Part shown: positions 18,877 to 28,289 of the stretch, piece by piece
Layout: every line of letters starts with the position of its first letter
Numbering within the stretch: position 1 is the stretch's first letter
Assembly (NCBI GenBank): GCA_964428845.1
Contig: CAYRZH010000001.1
Span: forward strand, 204,445 to 268,444
DNA: 64,000 nucleotides
DNA from: an uncultured Candidatus Saccharibacteria bacterium
Lineage (GTDB): Bacteria > Patescibacteriota > Minisyncoccia > Phycocordibacterales > DATGWK01
Reading direction: 5' to 3'
Position numbers and translations under genes: made by a program
The notes under the pieces: model-generated
What the model was told of the DNA's origin: nothing
The model's input: only the letters and a program-made list of their open reading frames with translations
Database searches by the model: none

Positions 18877-18910
18877 CTGTTTGACAGTATATTTTGTGGA
18901 GCTATACTGC
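18877..18910 (+). promoter_or_regulatory. Promoter TTGACA-16-TATACT of mini-module 1
   Basis: Consensus-like hexamers, preceded by the repeated motif TAGATATACACA. Confidence 0.35.
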
Positions 18911-19009
18911 TCACAGATCAGTACCTGCTGGGCCGTTTTGTTCAGGGGTGTAGCCTCCTGATTGGAAGGATGTTACTTCTCAAAACGATTCAGCGAAAGG
19001 AGGTGATCC

Positions 19010-19162
19010 GTGTTCGACTCGATCGGATGGCCCGCCAAGGTCCCGAAGAGGCGTCATAGGCTCTGTGCGAGTGTCGCCGGCCACGCGATGCCGCGCCGGC
19101 ACGCTCGCCGCCGGAACGCGAACCCCGACACCCTCAACCCTGTGGCCACAACCACGTCCTGA
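19010..19162 (+). CDS. Small Arg-rich ORF 1 (50 aa, GTG start) with KVPKRR motif
   Basis: AAAGGAGG SD 6 nt upstream. Followed by the terminator at 19231. The motif is conserved with ORF 2 despite compensating indels. Confidence 0.3.
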   Translation: MFDSIGWPAKVPKRRHRLCASVAGHAMPRRHARRRNANPDTLNPVATTTS

Positions 19163-19230
19163 CACCGAACAACGCCCAACCAAAAAGAAAGGACCCTCTC
19201 TGCCGCCGATCTCGTGTCGGCGCGCCTTCT

Positions 19231-19265
19231 CCCCCGAGCGCTATCGCGCTCGGGGGATTTTCTTG
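19231..19265 (+). terminator. Rho-independent terminator CCCCCGAGCGC-TATC-GCGCTCGGGGG + ATTTTCTTG
   Basis: Perfect 11-bp GC stem. Confidence 0.65.
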
Positions 19266-19289
19266 TCGAAAAATCTAGATATACACAGC

Positions 19290-19320
19290 AGGGAATTGAC
19301 GCCTTTCTGCAGGAGCGCTA
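19290..19320 (+). promoter_or_regulatory. Promoter TTGACG-17-TACTCT of mini-module 2
   Basis: Preceded by the same TAGATATACACA motif as module 1. Confidence 0.3.
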
Positions 19321-19422
19321 CTCTCTCATGTAGAGAACGTATCGTGTAGGCGAGCGACGCCTAGTACGTTTCGGCCAAGACTGCACGCTTCGGCGTAAAG
19401 TCTAGTAAAAGGAGGATGAGCA

Positions 19423-19500
19423 TTGCAGATCACCCTGCAGATCGCGGCCTCTCTGCCGGACAAGGTTCCCCGAAGACGTCAGATCAGGATGACGGAGTAA
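19423..19500 (+). CDS. Small Arg-rich ORF 2 (25 aa, TTG start) with KVPRRR motif
   Basis: AAAGGAGG SD 7 nt upstream. The alternative ATG at 19416 gives a 43-aa ORF in another frame. Confidence 0.25.
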   Translation: MQITLQIAASLPDKVPRRRQIRMTE

Positions 19501-19609
19501 GCGGTGGACGCGTGGACACAACCTGTGTCCGTGTGGTTCTCGCGTGACCTTCGGTGACTCCTGGTCTCCCCGGTATCAACCGGTTCACACAACGGATGTG
19601 TAACGGCGT

Positions 19610-19655
19610 ACTCACCCCCCTAATGCCTATCGGCTCTTAGGGGGGTTTCATTTTT
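19610..19655 (+). terminator. Rho-independent terminator CCCCCCTA-loop-TAGGGGGG + TTTCATTTTTT
   Basis: GC stem plus T-tract. Confidence 0.55.
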
Positions 19656-19703
19656 TATATATCCAATATAATCTTTATGCAGAACCATGAAAGGAGATGA
19701 AGA

Positions 19704-20291
19704 ATGGCACGAGCGCGAGAAAGTGTGTTGAGGGTCTATGTGGTTCCGGGTGGCAAAATGCCAGAAAGGAAGACCCCCGGAGCAATCGGTTTTGATGCGT
19801 ATCTTCGAGCCGTTGTTTCGCCTACGGAACTCGATCCCGATAACCCAAACCTACGAAAAACTCTTTTTGATTTCAGAGAAAGACCCAAAGAAAAGAAGGT
19901 TAGTCAGCGGGTAAAGAGGGTGGGTGGTGAGCTTGTCTATCGGATGAGGCCGGGTGAATCTGTTCTTGTTGCTATTGGTTTCGTATGTGAAATGCCATTC
20001 CCGATGTTTTATTGGGTGGCCCCAAGAAGTGGTCTTGCCTCGAAGTGGGGTATCACAGTTACAAATGCTCCTGGTACTGTCGACCCCGACTATCGAGGTG
20101 AAGCCGGTGTTCTAGTCTACAACAGGAACAGAACCACTTTCGATCTGAAGCATAGAATGAGAATTGCCCAGGTCATTTTTCAGGAAGCACTTATCCCTAG
20201 GTTGAGTCGGGTAATGAAGTTCGGTGCCCTTTCTGGCACAGAGCGTGGTGTCGGGGGCTTCGGTTCCACAGGTTTGCGTGATAACAGGTAA
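19704..20291 (+). CDS. dUTPase/dCTP-deaminase-family protein (second dUTPase homolog in window), intermediate G+C
   Basis: GTVDPDYRGE and RGVGGFGSTG motifs. Terminator CCGGC-TCTAT-GCCGG-T5 at ~20289-20316. Confidence 0.65.
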   Translation: MARARESVLRVYVVPGGKMPERKTPGAIGFDAYLRAVVSPTELDPDNPNLRKTLFDFRERPKEKKVSQRVKRVGGELVYRMRPGESVLVAIGFVCEMPFPMFYWVAPRSGLASKWGITVTNAPGTVDPDYRGEAGVLVYNRNRTTFDLKHRMRIAQVIFQEALIPRLSRVMKFGALSGTERGVGGFGSTGLRDNR

Positions 20292-20445
20292 AAACCGTCC
20301 GGCTCTATGCCGGCGTTTTTCTTTTATTTTGAGCCATATTATCTACAGACTTTTATTGACAATGATTTTCCAGGGGATACACTTTTTAACAGATAGACTG
20401 GAGAGTGCGGACCAATTTTATCAATATGGTGGATTGGGTAAAAAT

Positions 20446-22128
20446 ATGAAATATTCCAAGAACTTGTCGACGTTTGTTGTTATTGCCGGGATTTTTGCGA
20501 TTCTTTTTGTTGCGGGAGGTCTTCAGGGGCAGATTTCGTATGGAGAATTCGCGGCTGTTGTAAGCAGGGAAGAATCTGGGGAGGACGATGATTTGGAGCA
20601 AGATTTTGAGGAGATGATTCAGTACCAGGCCGAGATAGCAAAGGAAGAGGCTCTTGAAGCCCAGGGTGTGCCATCTGCCGCAACCACCATGGCTTTACCA
20701 GAGAGTCCCCAGACTCCAGAAAATATTGTCGTAGATAACGAAACTCCGAATATTGTTGTCATTGTCAATGACGACCTTCCCGCCCTCGACGGTAGGCTTT
20801 TCAACTTTATGCCGATTACTAAAGATATTTTTGTAAATCACGGCATAACCTTCTCGGATTTTCATTCCTCAAACCCGGTTTGTTGTCCCGGTCGAGCCAG
20901 TCTCTTGAGTGGTCAGCATTCTCACAACCACGGCCAGACTAGTAACACAGGAATGAAATTTGACGCAACCATCGCTCTCCCTAAACGGTTGGATGATATC
21001 GGGTACCACACTATTCTTGTTGGAAAATATCTGAACCCATATGGTTCTAAATGCTCCGGTCCGTTCAAGATCTATTGTTGGCCGAATAAACCCACTGGGT
21101 ATGATGAATGGGCTGCGGTAAAAGAAAGGGAATATTATACGTACGATATGGTTGTATGGAATGAATCTCTCGCTTCCACGACGATAGAGCACTACGGCTC
21201 TGCACCGGAAGACTACTCAACGGATGTCTTTGCCCAAAAAGCAGTAAATTATATCCAGAACGCACCAACAAGCACACCTCTCTTTTTGTGGGTTGCGCCG
21301 TACGCACCTCATGCTCCTACGCTTGCCGCACCCAGATATACTGGGACCAACTGTAAACCGACGAAATGGAAGCCGGCTAGCTGGCACGAAGCTGATGTGA
21401 GCGATAAGCCGTTATGGATCAGACTTAAGGCCAATACAAGCACGGGCAACGGCAAGGATCTTGCTAAGATATGTAAAAGCATGCTTGCCGTGGATGACCT
21501 TGTGGGAAATGTTCGGGACGCCCTGATCCAGACTGGACGGCTAGACAACACAATCTTTATTTTCACGAGCGACAACTCTATGTTGAATGGTGAACATGGT
21601 CTAGAGCAGAAGGGAATTCCACACAACACACTCGTTCCGTTCATCATTTCTTGGCCACAACAGTATGGCACTGTGGCAAGAACTATTACCGAAAGGGTAC
21701 AAAACTACGACCTTGCCCCAACCCTCTGTGAGATAGTGGGATGTACCATGCCTGATCCCGATGGACTAAGCTTTAAAGCTCTTCTTGACGGCACGGCTAC
21801 TAGCTTAGGCAGGGATGTGGTCTTGGACGAAGCTCCAAAGAAAAATAGCTACATACCGATCTGGTACGCCGTAACCACCACATCTGTCTCACCTCTGGCG
21901 TCAGAAGGATGTGCAGCAGCTTCCACCGGAGGATGCAAATGGCACTACATAGAGTATCCAACTACAGGAGAAAAGGAACTCTACGATATCTCAAATGGTC
22001 CATGTTGGGCGTGGTCAGTAGGACAACCAGGAGACCCTTGCGAGCTCGATAACCAGATAAACAATCCTGCCTATGCTTCTATCATAAGTACTCTACATAC
22101 GCGACTTGAGCAGCTAAAGGCGGAGTAG
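20446..22128 (+). CDS. Cys-type sulfatase (formylglycine-dependent), secreted
   Basis: Signal peptide MKYSKNLSTFVVIAGIFAILFVAGG. Sulfatase signature NPVCCPGRASLLSGQHSHNHG (C-x-P-x-R). Confidence 0.75.
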   Translation: MKYSKNLSTFVVIAGIFAILFVAGGLQGQISYGEFAAVVSREESGEDDDLEQDFEEMIQYQAEIAKEEALEAQGVPSAATTMALPESPQTPENIVVDNETPNIVVIVNDDLPALDGRLFNFMPITKDIFVNHGITFSDFHSSNPVCCPGRASLLSGQHSHNHGQTSNTGMKFDATIALPKRLDDIGYHTILVGKYLNPYGSKCSGPFKIYCWPNKPTGYDEWAAVKEREYYTYDMVVWNESLASTTIEHYGSAPEDYSTDVFAQKAVNYIQNAPTSTPLFLWVAPYAPHAPTLAAPRYTGTNCKPTKWKPASWHEADVSDKPLWIRLKANTSTGNGKDLAKICKSMLAVDDLVGNVRDALIQTGRLDNTIFIFTSDNSMLNGEHGLEQKGIPHNTLVPFIISWPQQYGTVARTITERVQNYDLAPTLCEIVGCTMPDPDGLSFKALLDGTATSLGRDVVLDEAPKKNSYIPIWYAVTTTSVSPLASEGCAAASTGGCKWHYIEYPTTGEKELYDISNGPCWAWSVGQPGDPCELDNQINNPAYASIISTLHTRLEQLKAE

Positions 22129-22253
22129 CGTTTTCTTGTCCACTTTTTTTCGAGATAAATTAATCTACTTTATTAGAATAGAGATATAATGGGGGTGGAA
22201 AGTAAGAGTTCTTTTCTGGTTTGAGCGTACTCGAACAAACAAGAGGAGAGCAC

Positions 22254-22901
22254 ATGTTGGCAGCCCTACCCCCCGTCCCAGCTAGAAGCAATGGACTCCT
22301 GGCGCACACCACAGATGGGAAAGGAGAAATTCAGACAGTTGCGGTAGACATCGAGGGGAAAAATCATCGTGGACAGGTCGACCCTCTTGGTATCCGAGAG
22401 CGGTTTCCGATCCGAGCGAGTGTAAGGCTCGGGGCTACTACGTGTGGAGTTGGCAGTTTCTGCCAGGCTTTGTCACGAGACCCATTCGACATAAGCATTG
22501 GCGCTAACCGACTTCTTAGCCATCCCGGCTTCCAAGTCACCAGGCACGCACTGTCACTTGATTTGGCGATGCCCACCCCAAGAGAGCTTGGGTTTGGGAG
22601 CCCCGTCTGTTGCGAGAGGATCATTGTCAAGGCTTTCGATCATGGCTTGTTGCCGTGTCCTCATGATCTCGGTCCTGAAACGGTTCTCCAATGCAAAGCC
22701 CTACCAAACTGTGTTTGTATGGGTATGTGGCCACTGTACACAAAAGAAGGGGGCTTTATCTTTTGTGTCAGAAGCGTGACCGTGGAGACTGCTTCGCGCA
22801 TCAAGGTACTGCGTGAACTCTGCTGTGGCAATGCCAACCCAGACTCTCTCTGGCCTCTCGATCAGCCCTTTGCTTTCGCTCTTCCGCATCTTCCGACATA
22901 A
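22254..22901 (+). CDS. Cys-rich hypothetical protein on a G+C-rich segment
   Basis: AAGAGGAG SD. CC, CxxxC and CVC clusters. No recognisable family. Confidence 0.3.
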   Translation: MLAALPPVPARSNGLLAHTTDGKGEIQTVAVDIEGKNHRGQVDPLGIRERFPIRASVRLGATTCGVGSFCQALSRDPFDISIGANRLLSHPGFQVTRHALSLDLAMPTPRELGFGSPVCCERIIVKAFDHGLLPCPHDLGPETVLQCKALPNCVCMGMWPLYTKEGGFIFCVRSVTVETASRIKVLRELCCGNANPDSLWPLDQPFAFALPHLPT

Positions 22902-22925
22902 CTAGTTTCCAGTTGTGCTCTGCTA

Positions 22926-22960
22926 CCCCGCACGATCAGTGCGGGGCTTTCTTTTTGGTA
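22926..22960 (+). terminator. Rho-independent terminator CCCCGCAC-GATCA-GTGCGGGG + CTTTCTTTTT
   Basis: Perfect 8-bp GC stem plus T-tract. Confidence 0.65.
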
Positions 22961-22981
22961 AATGTCTTGTAGGATAGGATC

Positions 22982-23902
22982 ATGTCTGATCTCAAGATCC
23001 TCATAACCAAACCCACCAAAGACTACGAGCTCTTGGACAGCGGAGAAGGTGAGAAGCTCGAGCGTTTTGGGAAAATTGTGCTATCCCGGCCAGACCCCCA
23101 GGCCCTGTGGTCCAAAAAACTTCCTGATTCGGAGTGGCAAAATACCAACGCTGTTTTCGTCCATGCTGGGAAAGCAGGCCGTTGGCAGATCAGAGGAGAG
23201 ACACCAAAATCCTGGAATATAGAGTTGGGCGGATTAAATTTTCTTATTAAACTTTCTTCTTTTAAGCATACTGGTGTTTTCCCGGAGCAGCAGGGAAACT
23301 GGGATTGGATAAGAGAAACTATCAAAAAAGCCAGTGGTGCCAGTCCTCGCGAGGAGGCGACTGGTGTCGGTAATTCGCGCGAAATATCTGTTCTAAATTT
23401 ATTCGGTTATACCGGCGGCGCCACACTTGCCGCAGCTCGTGCCGGAGCCAAAGTTTGTCATGTCGATGGTTCAAAGATTTCTATAGATTGGGCGTGTGAA
23501 AACGCTAAGCTCTCAAATCTAGAAGCGAAACCTATCCGCTGGATACTCGATGATGCGATGGCCTTTGTGAAGAGGGAAGTAAGGCGCGGCAATCTCTACG
23601 ATGGCATCATTATGGACCCGCCTACTTATGGTCATGGGCCAAAGAAAGAGTTGTGGCAAATAGAGAAGAATCTTCCAGAACTCATAAGAGAATGCAAAAA
23701 AATCCTTTCACCTCGCCCACTCTTTGTCCTCATAAATGGCTATGCCTCGGGCTTTTCTGGTACAGCTTATAGAAACAACTTGGCCGAACTTGTCTCGGGC
23801 CGCGAGGGAGAGATAGAAGCAGGAGAGCTTGCGATAGAAGAGGCAAAAAGTGGTCGACTTCTTCCCGCCGGTATTTTTGCTAGATGGAGGAGTGTTGGGT
23901 AA
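22982..23902 (+). CDS. Class I SAM-dependent rRNA methyltransferase (RlmI/RlmK-like)
   Basis: LNLFGYTGGATLAAARAGA ... DGIIMDPPTYGHG SAM-MTase motifs I and IV. Confidence 0.7.
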   Translation: MSDLKILITKPTKDYELLDSGEGEKLERFGKIVLSRPDPQALWSKKLPDSEWQNTNAVFVHAGKAGRWQIRGETPKSWNIELGGLNFLIKLSSFKHTGVFPEQQGNWDWIRETIKKASGASPREEATGVGNSREISVLNLFGYTGGATLAAARAGAKVCHVDGSKISIDWACENAKLSNLEAKPIRWILDDAMAFVKREVRRGNLYDGIIMDPPTYGHGPKKELWQIEKNLPELIRECKKILSPRPLFVLINGYASGFSGTAYRNNLAELVSGREGEIEAGELAIEEAKSGRLLPAGIFARWRSVG

Positions 23903-23983
23903 TAGTTGTGAGATTGTAATAGAAATGATATTTTGACGTCGAAGTAAGCACTGTATTAATTTAATTATAATTAGAATAAAAAC

Positions 23984-24784
23984 ATGATTGAATCTGTTGA
24001 AATCAAAAGACTTTTGAAAATTGGCCAAGTTTTTTTAATCATCTTGACTATATTTGTTCTTGCGGGCGTTTTCTATGTTTTCCGACTCTTCGGCAACGTC
24101 GAGCGCAATACTCCGATCAGTAATCTTGTCACCGTAAACGGGCAAGGGGAAGTGTTTGCTCTACCAGACATTGCCACTTTCTCGTTTGGTGCTACCGCCA
24201 ACGCAAAGACAGTTACGGAAGCTCAAGCTCAAGTGACAAAAAAGATCAACAAGGCCCTCGACCTCATGAAAGCAGCGGGAGTTGAGGAGAAAGATATAAA
24301 AACAACTGATTATAGCGTCTATCCGAAGTACGAATATTCAAATTATATCTGTACTCAAGCTTACTGTCCTTCACCAAACCAGAGACTGGTTGGCTATGAA
24401 GTAAGTCAGAATATCTCTGTGAAGATAAGGAAAATAGAGGATTCCGGAAAAATTCTAGAGTCTCTCGGTTCGACCGAAGTTACAAATATCAGTGGTTTGC
24501 AGTTCACTATTGATGATGAAGACAAGCTTATGGCTGAAGCTCGGGCTTTGGCTATCGCAGACGCTAAAGAAAAGGGAAAGATTTTGGCGCGAGATCTGGA
24601 TGTGAAGCTTGTTAAGATTGTAAACTTCTATGAGTCCGGCAATCAGCCAATCCCTTATTATCGAGATGGTATGGAGTTTGGGATGGGTGGAGACAATCCA
24701 TTACCAACAATTGCTAAAGCCGAAATCCCTACTGGCCAGAGCAAGATCGTCTCAAACGTTTCTATCACCTACGAGATAAGGTAA
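23984..24784 (+). CDS. SIMPL-domain (DUF541) protein, membrane-anchored
   Basis: N-terminal TM. Beta-rich domain with layout typical of SIMPL/oxidative-stress-defence proteins. Judged by eye only. Confidence 0.45.
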   Translation: MIESVEIKRLLKIGQVFLIILTIFVLAGVFYVFRLFGNVERNTPISNLVTVNGQGEVFALPDIATFSFGATANAKTVTEAQAQVTKKINKALDLMKAAGVEEKDIKTTDYSVYPKYEYSNYICTQAYCPSPNQRLVGYEVSQNISVKIRKIEDSGKILESLGSTEVTNISGLQFTIDDEDKLMAEARALAIADAKEKGKILARDLDVKLVKIVNFYESGNQPIPYYRDGMEFGMGGDNPLPTIAKAEIPTGQSKIVSNVSITYEIR

Positions 24785-24865
24785 CCCAGGTTTCCAAGTT
24801 GACTTTCTATTCCAAAGGCGTAATATACCTTTACGCCTGCGGGCGTTTTTTAATACAATAAAAAG

Positions 24866-25045
24866 ATGAAAATCGTTGATTACGTCAAAGAAACAAGGAA
24901 TGAATTGCGGCACGTAAGCTGGCCTACAAGGAAGCAGGCTTTTGTTTTCACTGCGATTGTTATTGCTATCTCTCTAGCCGTGGCGGGGTTCTTGGGCCTT
25001 TTCGACTTCATTCTATCGCTCGTTTTGAGTAAGTTTGTGATTTAG
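24866..25045 (+). CDS. secE: Preprotein translocase subunit SecE (59 aa; below the ORF-track length cutoff)
   Basis: MKIVDYVKETRNELRHVSWPTRKQAFVFTAIVIAISLAVAGFLGLFDF. Position immediately upstream of nusG is conserved. Confidence 0.65.
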   Translation: MKIVDYVKETRNELRHVSWPTRKQAFVFTAIVIAISLAVAGFLGLFDFILSLVLSKFVI

Positions 25046-25082
25046 GATTATCGGCATTTAGAGTTCTTTTGTTTAATTCAAT

Positions 25083-25628
25083 ATGTCAAAGCAAAAAATA
25101 GAAGAAGGGCGAAATTGGTATGCTATCCATACATACGCTGGTTATGAAAACGCTGTGATGAGAAATCTCAAACAGCGAATAGAGTCGCTTGGTATGGAAG
25201 GTAAAATTTTCAATGTCATAGTTCCAACCGAAAAGAAGATCAAGATAAAAGCAGGGAAGAGAGTCGAAGAAGAGGAAAAAATATATCCAGGATATATTTT
25301 GGTGGACATGATCGTTACTGATGATTCTTGGTACGTAGTGAGGAATACTCCTCGCGTGACAGGCTTCGTAGGATCTGGGGTCTATCCTGTGCCTATTAGT
25401 AAAAGTGAGGTGGAGAACCTATTTTCTCGTATGAATGCTGATACTGCCAAGCACAATATTGATCTTGTCTTGGGAGACGCCATAAAGATTGTCGATGGGC
25501 CGTTTAAAGATCTTGAAGGTAAAGTAAGTGAGATAGATACAGAACGCGGGAAAGTGAAGGTTTTGGTGGCGATGTTTGGTCGCGAGACGCCCGTAGAACT
25601 CGACTTCTTGCAAGTAAAAAAGATATAA
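25083..25628 (+). CDS. nusG: Transcription termination/antitermination factor NusG
   Basis: NGN and KOW (GDAIKIVDGPFKDLEGKV) domains. Confidence 0.9.
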   Translation: MSKQKIEEGRNWYAIHTYAGYENAVMRNLKQRIESLGMEGKIFNVIVPTEKKIKIKAGKRVEEEEKIYPGYILVDMIVTDDSWYVVRNTPRVTGFVGSGVYPVPISKSEVENLFSRMNADTAKHNIDLVLGDAIKIVDGPFKDLEGKVSEIDTERGKVKVLVAMFGRETPVELDFLQVKKI

Positions 25629-25659
25629 GGTATCTTTTAGTTTCTAAAGGAAAACAAAT

Positions 25660-26085
25660 ATGGCCAAAAAGGTAGTTAAAAAAGTAAAAATCCTAGCGCC
25701 TGCGGGTAAGGCAACCCCCGCACCGCCAATCGGCCCGACACTCGGTCAGGCTGGTATCAACATTGGCGACTTCGTGACGAAGTTCAATGCGGCCACTTCC
25801 AAAATGGCTGGAGACATGATTCCGGTAGAAATCTCTGTCTACGAGGATCGAACATATTCTTTTGTTTTAAAAACTCCACCTGCTTCGAGCCTCATTCTCA
25901 AAGCGATCAAGGCTCCAAAAGGGTCGGGGACCAATCTAACCGTGAAGGCTGGCAAAATTACTAAGGCTCAAATCCGCGAGATCGCTGAAAAGAAGATGCC
26001 AGATCTAAATGCCCATGACGTGGAGGCGGCTATGAAGATCATCGAAGGATCTGCCCGATCCATGGGGGTTGAGGTGAAGGGATAG
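25660..26085 (+). CDS. rplK: 50S ribosomal protein L11
   Basis: [14 protein letters not shown]...; terminator AACTCGC-TGGCAC-TGCGAGTT-T4 downstream. Confidence 0.9.
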   Translation: MAKKVVKKVKILAPAGKATPAPPIGPTLGQAGINIGDFVTKFNAATSKMAGDMIPVEISVYEDRTYSFVLKTPPASSLILKAIKAPKGSGTNLTVKAGKITKAQIREIAEKKMPDLNAHDVEAAMKIIEGSARSMGVEVKG

Positions 26086-26169
26086 AGACAAACAAAAACT
26101 CGCTGGCACTGCGAGTTTTTGTTTGTAGCCCGTGGTACTTTTTGGTATTCTTTAAACAAATAAACAGTC

Positions 26170-26772
26170 ATGAAACATAAAGAAATCACTTTAAGCAAGG
26201 GTATTTTTGGTCTAGAATCGAATTTTAAGGACAGGTTTTTTAATGATTATGAGAGAATGCACCATCTTGTAAGCCACTTTCGTGGTTTAGGTTGCAAGAT
26301 CGTTCTAACCCAGGGCAGTTATGACATGGTTCATATCGGGCATGCTCGTTATCTCGAAGAGGCAAAACGACACGGAGATTTTTTGATTGTTGGTGTTGAT
26401 AGTGATGAAAAGATAAAACACCGAAAGGGACCAGATAGGCCGGTGGTTCCGCAGGAGGAGAGACTGGAAATGCTCACACATTTGAGATGTGTTGATGTTG
26501 TTATGTTGAAAGAGCTCAAAGATAAAAAGTGGCAACTTATAAAAACAGTCCGCCCTGATGTGCTTGTAGCCACGAAAGAAACCTACAACAAGTCCCAATT
26601 AAAAGAGTTGAAAAAATATTGTGGGAAGGTAGTAGTTTTAGATCCTATGGCGACGACGACTACAAGTGCAAAGATCAGACTTTTGCAGATAAAAACTGCA
26701 AAAAAATTGGAGAATTCTCTCACACCAAAACTGATCGAAACCATTCAGCAGGTCCTTAGTGGAGTTAAATAA
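26170..26772 (+). CDS. Cytidylyl/adenylyltransferase-like nucleotidyltransferase (HldE domain II / TagD-like)
   Basis: KIVLTQGSYDMVHIGHARYLEEAKRHGDFLIVGVDSDEKIK HxGH motif. Confidence 0.6.
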   Translation: MKHKEITLSKGIFGLESNFKDRFFNDYERMHHLVSHFRGLGCKIVLTQGSYDMVHIGHARYLEEAKRHGDFLIVGVDSDEKIKHRKGPDRPVVPQEERLEMLTHLRCVDVVMLKELKDKKWQLIKTVRPDVLVATKETYNKSQLKELKKYCGKVVVLDPMATTTTSAKIRLLQIKTAKKLENSLTPKLIETIQQVLSGVK

Positions 26773-26774
26773 AA

Positions 26775-27608
26775 ATGGAGACGATTTGCATTGCCTATGT
26801 CCCGGTATTACACGACGGATATAGAAAATTTTTTGAAAAATACAAAGGATCTACGCTCTATGTCTTTGGGCCAGAAATTATCTCTGAATTTACCCATCTT
26901 TCAAAAGAGATACGGCAGTTGGACCCCGCTCTTATCAAAAAGGCGATTGAAAGCTGGGGTATTTTTGAGGTCGTAAAGGTTTTGGGTAAGGAAGATCTGA
27001 AGACAATCGCGGAAACTACTGCACTACTCGTATTCCCTGACGAAGACGTGTCGAGAGATCTGGCCGCGAAATATTTTCCTGATAAGAAAACTGTATTTGA
27101 GCGTATTTTCCTGCGCTTAGACAAACACAGATCAATGGAAGAAAAGCCGGTCGAAGCAGACCAAAAAATATCTTCAGAACAATTTGATAGGGAAATTATC
27201 TCCAAACTGAAAGATGAAGCAAAAAAAAGTTCCGACTGGTGGAGAGGGATCGGAGCCGCCATTATAAAAAATGGGGAAATTATACTCATGACCCACAATA
27301 AGCATGTGCCATCGGAACATACCCCGTATGCTATGGGTGATCCAAGGAACAATTTTCATAAAGGAATAGGTATTGAATACTCATCTGTTCTTCATGCTGA
27401 AGCCGGACTTATTGCCGAGGCGGCGAGAAAGGGGATCTCTCTTGAGGGCGCCACCATGTATGCGACCACATTCCCTTGTCCTCCTTGTGCAAAACAGGTC
27501 GCTTATTCAGGTATAAAGAAACTTTATTATGCCGGTGGGTACGCTATTTTAGACCAGGAAGTAATTCTCAAAAGTCAGGGTGTGGAAATAATTTTTGTGC
27601 AGATGTAA
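26775..27608 (+). CDS. dCMP/cytidine deaminase-family protein with an N-terminal extra domain
   Basis: HAEAGLIAEAARKG ... PCPPCAKQV zinc-binding motifs. Confidence 0.7.
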   Translation: METICIAYVPVLHDGYRKFFEKYKGSTLYVFGPEIISEFTHLSKEIRQLDPALIKKAIESWGIFEVVKVLGKEDLKTIAETTALLVFPDEDVSRDLAAKYFPDKKTVFERIFLRLDKHRSMEEKPVEADQKISSEQFDREIISKLKDEAKKSSDWWRGIGAAIIKNGEIILMTHNKHVPSEHTPYAMGDPRNNFHKGIGIEYSSVLHAEAGLIAEAARKGISLEGATMYATTFPCPPCAKQVAYSGIKKLYYAGGYAILDQEVILKSQGVEIIFVQM

Positions 27609-27653
27609 AAGAAAACCCGTTCCTGTTGGAACGAGTTGTTATCAAGAATGGTG

Positions 27654-28232
27654 TCAGGTTCTGCCTGCTACAAGTGCTCGTTCTTCTGGGCTCAGGTCGC
27701 TTTCTTGGGTTCCCGTGCGGAGCTTCTCGAAGACTATTGCTCTGGCGAGACTCTCGGCCTCGGACTCGGCGCCCTTGAAGAATGGGGGTGCTACACGTCC
27801 ACTTCCGTCAGGTACCATCATGTGTACATGAAGATGCTCGATGCTGCCCGCGGATAGTGTCGCATCTCCATCTCGGATCAGAACTCCACAACTCTTGATC
27901 CCGTATTTGGTCAGGATTGTGAGGTAGGCCGTGATAGCGGACGACATTTCGTCTTGCCGAAGTTGCTGTATGCCAGTCACATGTCGTCTTGGTACAATCA
28001 AGAAATGTTTCGCCGTGTGGTCCTCGGGGGGTCTACAGGGCCAGGCCATGCAGTTAGGATCTTCAAAAATTATCTGATTGTAGTCTCTGTCGATTTGACA
28101 GAAAGGACAGCGTCCCGCCAACATCTCTTCGACCCCTCGACAATACTGTGCATATCTACGAGCTCGCGAAAGGCAAGCGAGCTTGTTTCGGTCTGTGATC
28201 CCCGAGATTACCAGGGCTGTTTGTCCATCCAC
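27654..28232 (-). CDS. HIT-family hydrolase/nucleotidyltransferase, G+C-rich xenolog
   Basis: GRCPFCQI and HLHVHMMVPDG histidine triad. Aligns with the adjacent AT-rich HIT gene. Confidence 0.7.
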   Translation of the reverse strand: MDGQTALVISGITDRNKLACLSRARRYAQYCRGVEEMLAGRCPFCQIDRDYNQIIFEDPNCMAWPCRPPEDHTAKHFLIVPRRHVTGIQQLRQDEMSSAITAYLTILTKYGIKSCGVLIRDGDATLSAGSIEHLHVHMMVPDGSGRVAPPFFKGAESEAESLARAIVFEKLRTGTQESDLSPEERALVAGRT

Positions 28233-28289
28233 CTCAAATCTCCTTTGTTAATGGTTCCGGGACCAATCTAGTCTATTATTAAAGAATTA

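Noticed and set aside
18840-22960. Prophage or integrative conjugative element
   Set aside because: No integrase, terminase, capsid, portal, relaxase or T4SS genes. Only small modules and metabolic cargo. Mobility would have to be in trans.
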